A DNA stretch of 64,000 nucleotides from Bacilli bacterium. Its GTDB lineage: Bacteria; Bacillota_I; Bacilli_A; ML615J-28; CAG-313. The stretch's first letter is position 1, and every line of letters begins with the position of its first letter. The position numbers were made by a program, and so were the translations under genes. Shown piece after piece: positions 59,283 to 64,000 of the stretch. The DNA lies in NCBI GenBank assembly GCA_045589955.1, contig JAZNQD010000004.1, positions 122-64,121 of the forward strand, written 5' to 3'. The notes beneath the pieces were generated by a model. It was not told the DNA's origin. It was given only the letters and a program-made list of their open reading frames with translations, and searched no databases.

Positions 59283-60716
59283 TTAGTCATTGTCTAAATT
59301 TTCAAAACCAATTTTTTTCTTTTGAATTATTTTTTTCTTTTCTTTATAGAAAAGCATTACAATTCCGGCAATAATTATCATAAATAATGAATAAATAAAT
59401 AATAATTTTAATGATTGTTCAGAGAACAACTTCATCCAAAAACCGGCAAGAATTGGTGTTATTGTTTGAGCAACCATTGAGAATGTATAGTATAAACTTG
59501 TAAATCTACCAATTGTTTTAGTTGATGATAATTCTACAATCATTGGATATGAGTTGGCATTAATTAAAGCCCATCCAATCCCGATTATCGCAACAAATCC
59601 ATAAATAATATAGATTTTGTGTTCCCAATTAACACCATCCGGATTTGCCTCTGTGTAATAACTATAATCACTCTTGAATACACCAAAGGCAAGTAGGGTG
59701 ATTATTATACCAATAAATGCAATCATCATTAAGCAAATTCCCAGTAAAATGGTCCATTTTCTTCCAATTTTAGCTGGTAAATTTAATAGTAATAAAAATG
59801 AAACAAGAGATGAACCGGTCATTATAATAACAATAAGACCTGAGTAAGTAGAATTTCCTAAAACATTTTTACAAAATAAACTTGCAAATGATTCAATCGC
59901 ATTAAAAGCAAAGAACCAAAATAGTACACCTAATAAAACAATTATTAGATTTTTTTTATCAGTTTTCGATAATTTTTCTCCACCTTCAACATCTGAGAAT
60001 GCTTCGCTATCTTTTTCACCTTGTTCAATATCTTTTGCAGCTTCTTTTAAAAGTTTATTTTCTTTGATATTGATAACAAGGATAATAGCTGAAACAAGCA
60101 TGAATACAGCTGCTATAACGAATGAGAACATTGCTCTGTGTTCTGTCCATACATTGGCTTTTTCATCAACAATTGGGAAAATTTTCATTAATAAACCACC
60201 GATAGCTCCACCAACAAAACCAATGAAGTTAATAATACCATTTGCTTTTGAACGAAGTGGCTTTGGTGTAACGTCGGGCATTAAAGCTACAGCAGGATTA
60301 CGGTAAATATTCATAATAATAAGTACTAATCCCATCATACTTATAAGTAGGAAAATACTAGTTGGTTGTAACCAAAATGCTAAAGCAATAAATGGAAAAG
60401 TGATAGCTGATGCAATCATTCCGGGGAAGACATAAATCATTCTTTTACCAAATGAACATTTCGTTTTATCTGATAATGCACCAAATATTGGTAACATAAA
60501 TAATGCAAGTCCATTATCGAGAGCCATTATAACGCCAACCCATGGTAAAGTATCAGCTTGTTCTTTACACCACCCACAATTAATTAGAACTCTTTCTAAC
60601 ATTAGAGGACAATATTGACCATAAACAGTCCATAGTAAGGTTATTGTAAAGAAGGCCATACCAATAAATATGGTGTTTTTATAATTTAGTTTTAGTTTTT
60701 TATTTTCTATAGTCAT
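59283..60716 (-). CDS. MFS transporter, GPH (glycoside-pentoside-hexuronide)-like
   Basis: 12 TM helices. Loop 2-3 motif GALSDKTKCSFGKRMIY resembles the GPH D...G(K/R)R signature. Central charged loop. Confidence 0.6.
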   Translation of the reverse strand: MTIENKKLKLNYKNTIFIGMAFFTITLLWTVYGQYCPLMLERVLINCGWCKEQADTLPWVGVIMALDNGLALFMLPIFGALSDKTKCSFGKRMIYVFPGMIASAITFPFIALAFWLQPTSIFLLISMMGLVLIIMNIYRNPAVALMPDVTPKPLRSKANGIINFIGFVGGAIGGLLMKIFPIVDEKANVWTEHRAMFSFVIAAVFMLVSAIILVINIKENKLLKEAAKDIEQGEKDSEAFSDVEGGEKLSKTDKKNLIIVLLGVLFWFFAFNAIESFASLFCKNVLGNSTYSGLIVIIMTGSSLVSFLLLLNLPAKIGRKWTILLGICLMMIAFIGIIITLLAFGVFKSDYSYYTEANPDGVNWEHKIYIIYGFVAIIGIGWALINANSYPMIVELSSTKTIGRFTSLYYTFSMVAQTITPILAGFWMKLFSEQSLKLLFIYSLFMIIIAGIVMLFYKEKKKIIQKKKIGFENLDND

Positions 60717-60871
60717 ATAATAACTCCTTAAAAATTATTCTATCTTTATTTTACCAAAATCTACTATAAATGTCAATTTATAGGAAATTTTGTGTTTAAA
60801 ATTTAAAGTAGCATTTTAAAAATATTATGGTTTAAAATATGATATAATAATTAATTGGAAGAAGTGATGAT

Positions 60872-62371
60872 ATGTTATTAGCTTTATTATTAATTTTTAT
60901 CATTTTTATTTATGTTAAGAGTGATAAAAAAATAAAATTTGAAATTAAAAAGCGTAATAAAACTAGCAAAACAGAAATGATGCTACATAGTAAACGTATA
61001 ATGTGGAATATCTTCTTATTAGCAGTTCCAATTATGCTTAGTAACTTTTTAAAGTCAATTCACGATGTTGTTGACTTATATTATGTTGGTGAAATTGTTT
61101 TACCTGGCGTTCCAACAGATGTTGCTGAAAAAAGTTTAGAAGCTATGTTTAGTGCTATTAATGTTACAACACCAATCATTAATGTTTGTCAAGCTCTAGC
61201 AATGGGATTTATGGTTGCAGGATCTGCTTTAATGAGTCAATATTTAGGTGCTGGCAAAAGCGAACAAGCAAGAAAAGTAAGTGCTCAACTATTGTTAATG
61301 TGCTTTTTTGTTGGTGTTTTAAGTAATTTATTACTAGTTATTTTTGCTCCTAATATTTTAAGCTTAATGGGCGCAAGGGATCTTATTTACAAATATTCAG
61401 TTATTTATGTTCGCTATCGTGCATTTGAGTTAATTGGACTATTTGTTTTCTATGCCTTCCAAGCAACAAGACAGTCTTCTGGTGATACGGTAACACCGGT
61501 TATTTTGAATGTAACATCAATCATTCTTAATATTATTTTCTCAGGATTCTTCATCCTTGTCATGAAGATGGATATTACTGGTGCTGCTTTAGGTACAGTT
61601 ATTGCAAATATGTTGATTATCCCACCTTGTTTATTAATGTTATTGTTTGATAAAAAATCAAGTATCAAACTTTCTATCAAGGATTTAAAACCAGACTTTA
61701 AAAATATCTTCAAAATCTTTAAACTTGGCCTTCCAGCAGCTTTATCTCAAGCATTTACTTCTTTAGCATTCTTACTAATTAATAGCTTAATGCTTGGTTT
61801 CGAAAGCCATATTGTTGCTGGTATAAGTGGTGGTAACAAGATAAATTCATTATTGTTATTCCCAGCTATGGCAGTTGGTTCAGTTCTTGCAACTTTCGTT
61901 GGACAAAATGTAGGGGTTGGTAATCCAAAACGTGCCCAAAGATGTGTCCTTTCAGCCGCTGGTTTATCATTAATTATCACTGGTATTGGTTCGATTTTAT
62001 TATTTATGTTTAATCGACCAATGGTTAACTTCATTTTAAGAAATACACCAGCTGCAGTAGAACCATGTTGTAGATACATGTATTTCTTAGTTGTTGGTTT
62101 ACCATTAATGGGACTTTTCCAAGTCTTTATTGGAACTTTCCAAGGAGCTGGAAAAACTGGACTTGGTTTGATTTTATCTTCAATCCGCTTATGGGTTCTT
62201 CGTATACCAGTTATCTGGTTTATGATAAATGTTCTTGGTCGTGGTGAATCAAGTGTTTGGTATGCAATGATTATTAGTAACTTTGGTGCTGCTATTATAG
62301 GGCTAATCTTGTATTTATTTGTTGATTTTAAACCTGTTATAAAAAATAAGAAAAAGTTAGTTGAGGAATAA
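60872..62371 (+). CDS. MATE-family efflux transporter (second copy in window), possible extra N-terminal TM segment
   Basis: MATE topology and conserved N-terminal KRIMWNIFLLAVPIMLSNFLKSIHDVVDLYYVG. The ORF begins about 36 codons upstream of the usual MATE start, so the true start is uncertain (60872 or 60977). Confidence 0.7.
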   Translation: MLLALLLIFIIFIYVKSDKKIKFEIKKRNKTSKTEMMLHSKRIMWNIFLLAVPIMLSNFLKSIHDVVDLYYVGEIVLPGVPTDVAEKSLEAMFSAINVTTPIINVCQALAMGFMVAGSALMSQYLGAGKSEQARKVSAQLLLMCFFVGVLSNLLLVIFAPNILSLMGARDLIYKYSVIYVRYRAFELIGLFVFYAFQATRQSSGDTVTPVILNVTSIILNIIFSGFFILVMKMDITGAALGTVIANMLIIPPCLLMLLFDKKSSIKLSIKDLKPDFKNIFKIFKLGLPAALSQAFTSLAFLLINSLMLGFESHIVAGISGGNKINSLLLFPAMAVGSVLATFVGQNVGVGNPKRAQRCVLSAAGLSLIITGIGSILLFMFNRPMVNFILRNTPAAVEPCCRYMYFLVVGLPLMGLFQVFIGTFQGAGKTGLGLILSSIRLWVLRIPVIWFMINVLGRGESSVWYAMIISNFGAAIIGLILYLFVDFKPVIKNKKKLVEE

Positions 62372-62372
62372 T

Positions 62373-62894
62373 ATGGCAAAAAATAATATCGTTCTTTATG
62401 AACCAGAAATACCCCAAAATACTGGTAACATTATGCGTACTTGTGCAGGTACAGATACTGTATTACATTTAATTGAACCATTAGGTTTTAAAATGGATGA
62501 AAAACATTTAGTTCGTGCTGCTGTTAATTATGTACCAAACGTAGATTTTATTATTTATAAAAATTGGCAAGATTTTTTGGATAAAAATCCCAATGGGAAG
62601 AAGTACTTCCTAACAAGATACGGCCTAAAAACGCCCCATGAATTGAAACTTGATGAACCAAATGAAACATATTATTTTATTATTGGTAAGGAATCAACTG
62701 GAGTTCCAAAAGAAATTTTAAGAGAATATTTGGAAGATTGTATTCGTATTCCAACTAATGATAAGATTCGTTCATTAAATATTAGTAATGTTGCTGCAGT
62801 ATGTATTTTTGAAGCTTTAAGACAACAAGACTATAATGATCTTTCTCGTTATGAACCAGAAACATTAAAAGGTAAAGACTGGTTATTAAAATAA
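62373..62894 (+). CDS. trmL: tRNA (cytidine(34)-2'-O)-methyltransferase TrmL (SpoU/TrmH family)
   Basis: About 170 aa SPOUT fold with LYEPEIPQNTGNIMRTCAG and IPTNDKIRSLNISN motifs. Start at the ATG at 62373 after a GAGGAA RBS. Confidence 0.8.
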   Translation: MAKNNIVLYEPEIPQNTGNIMRTCAGTDTVLHLIEPLGFKMDEKHLVRAAVNYVPNVDFIIYKNWQDFLDKNPNGKKYFLTRYGLKTPHELKLDEPNETYYFIIGKESTGVPKEILREYLEDCIRIPTNDKIRSLNISNVAAVCIFEALRQQDYNDLSRYEPETLKGKDWLLK

Positions 62895-62939
62895 GTATAA
62901 TTATTTCTATTACTTTAATAATATTATTGGGGTAATAAA

Positions 62940-63059
62940 ATGAAAAGAAAAAATAAAAAGAAAAAGTATTTTCGAACTAATCCATTAGTTGATAGTACAT
63001 ATCGTGATAATGAAATGGCTCGTCCAACTATTTACAATGATATAATTAAACTAAAATAA
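62940..63059 (+). CDS. Putative small highly basic protein (39 aa), unannotated in the ORF track
   Basis: ORF MKRKNKKKKYFRTNPLVDSTYRDNEMARPTIYNDIIKLK. It is followed immediately by the perfect palindromic terminator AAACCGGTTT plus T-run at 63066-63090. Confidence 0.35.
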   Translation: MKRKNKKKKYFRTNPLVDSTYRDNEMARPTIYNDIIKLK

Positions 63060-63132
63060 AACTGGGAAACCGGTTTTATTTTTTTGTTCTTTCTTTATCT
63101 TTATTTCATATTATAATATATGAGGTGAACTG

Positions 63133-64000
63133 ATGAAAGAGAATTTACTTATCGCAAATAAATTCAAGATTATTGGTGATGTTATTAAAATTGAAAAGTT
63201 TGGGAATGGATTAATAAATAAAACGTATTGTATTGAAACTACTAAAGAAAAATACATCTTACAAGAAATTAACAATTATGTTTTCAAAAAAATTGATTTA
63301 TTAATGGAAAATATCTATACTGTAACGAAATATATAAAAAAGAAAAAAGGGAATACATTAGAATTAGTTAAAACGAAAAATAATGAACTAATCTTACATT
63401 ATAAAGATAAAGTATTCAGATGTTATAAAATGAAAGAAAAAAGTAGAAGTTTTGAAAATTTAGAAGAGAATCACTTAGCATTAAAAATTGGGAAAATTAT
63501 GAGTTCTTTTCAATATGATTTAGTAGAACTAAATCATCAATCTATTTATCAAACAATTGATTTTTTTCATGATTTAGAACATCGTTATATTGATTTAGTA
63601 AAAGCATATCGGTATTGTGAAGAAAGAAGTAAAAAGGTTGAAACAATTAAAATGTTTTGCGATATTTTGAATCAATATAATCAAATTATGGTACTGCCTA
63701 ATTTAATAAAAAATAACAAGATTCCAAAGCGAATATGTCATTATGATACAAAGTTAAATAATTTTTTATTTGTTGAGAATGGTCAAGATTGTTTAATCGA
63801 TTTAGATACAGTTATGCCTGGATGTTCAATATATGACTATGGAGATTGTGCTAGAAATATTATCGTTAATGTAAAAGAAGATGAAAGCGAAAGTGATATT
63901 TGCATTAATTATAAACGTTTTATTTTCCTTACTATTGGTTATTTAAGTGTAGGAAAAAATTATTTACACAAAATAGAAATTGAGAATTTAATCAATAGTA
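63133..64000 (+). CDS. Phosphotransferase-family kinase (APH/choline-kinase-like fold), 3' end outside window
   Basis: Catalytic loop HYDTKLNNFLF (Brenner H-x-D motif) and DLDT metal-binding motif. The ORF continues past the window end. Confidence 0.55.
   Translation, partial: MKENLLIANKFKIIGDVIKIEKFGNGLINKTYCIETTKEKYILQEINNYVFKKIDLLMENIYTVTKYIKKKKGNTLELVKTKNNELILHYKDKVFRCYKMKEKSRSFENLEENHLALKIGKIMSSFQYDLVELNHQSIYQTIDFFHDLEHRYIDLVKAYRYCEERSKKVETIKMFCDILNQYNQIMVLPNLIKNNKIPKRICHYDTKLNNFLFVENGQDCLIDLDTVMPGCSIYDYGDCARNIIVNVKEDESESDICINYKRFIFLTIGYLSVGKNYLHKIEIENLINS

Noticed and set aside
61747-62379. 210-aa minus-strand ORF
   Set aside because: It lies entirely antisense to the well-supported MATE transporter gene, with no RBS or promoter context. 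This is typical of spurious antisense frames.
1-64000. Possible Mollicutes genetic code 4 (TGA=Trp), given the extreme AT richness
   Set aside because: Long conserved genes (polC 1509 aa, alaS 901 aa, relA 745 aa) are uninterrupted under the standard code, and Trp positions use TGG. There is no need to invoke TGA read-through.
1-64000. CRISPR arrays, IS elements and intact phage integrase or recombinase genes
   Set aside because: No regularly spaced direct repeats with unique spacers, no terminal inverted repeats flanking a transposase, and no tyrosine or serine recombinase ORF were found. Only the att-like tRNA-Cys repeat is present.

Overview
This 64 kb window is chromosomal DNA from a very AT-rich, low-GC Firmicutes/Mollicutes-like bacterium that uses the standard genetic code (long ORFs such as polC at 1509 aa and alaS at 901 aa are uninterrupted, and Trp is encoded by TGG). 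Most of the window is core genome: rpmG, an FtsK-like protein, rarA, an OmpR-type two-component system followed by an HtrA-like lipoprotein protease, an ABC-F ATPase, polC, gap, a T-box leader upstream of alaS, ruvX, a YrzB/DUF1292 protein, an Mrp/ApbC protein, TmcAL, a P-type ATPase, a NitT/TauT-type ABC importer, nadC, apt, relA/spoT, dtd, an RluA-family pseudouridine synthase, DegV, a U32 peptidase, two MATE transporters and TrmL. Gene density is high, mostly on the plus strand, with many clear Rho-independent terminators. The hunt produced seven main observations. (1) At 17.7-21.0 kb, two tandem paralogous polytopic membrane proteins have unrelated N-terminal TM halves and nearly identical Ala/Glu/Lys-rich coiled-coil plus globular C-terminal halves, about 95% identical at the nucleotide level. 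(2) At 412..2103, an FtsK/SpoIIIE homolog has lost its Walker A, Walker B Asp and arginine finger and has no gamma domain. (3) At 41.6-45.3 kb, immediately downstream of relA-dtd, a module encodes a GAF-like plus degenerate EAL-like protein, a large membrane protein, and a small anchored protein whose RBS is sequestered in a strong hairpin. (4) At 24.4-24.8 kb, a YrzB/DUF1292 protein is fused to a C-terminal tail of 10 Cys and 7 His. (5) At 46.3-48.8 kb, an islet anchored on tRNA-Cys(GCA) has a 53-nt direct repeat of the tRNA 3' end (attL/attR-like) enclosing a GNAT gene but no integrase. Beside it sits a GC-atypical, moron-like gene of unknown function with a consensus sigma-70 promoter, a palindromic 5'UTR element and a GC-rich 3' tail. 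(6) At 48.9-56.1 kb, a surface-hydrolase lipoprotein cluster (Ig-like repeats plus C39-like peptidase; FIVAR-like repeats plus GH18; 5'-nucleotidase) surrounds tRNA-Lys. (7) At 62.9-63.1 kb, an unannotated ORF encodes a highly basic 39-aa protein with its own terminator. No CRISPR arrays, IS elements or intact integrases were seen.
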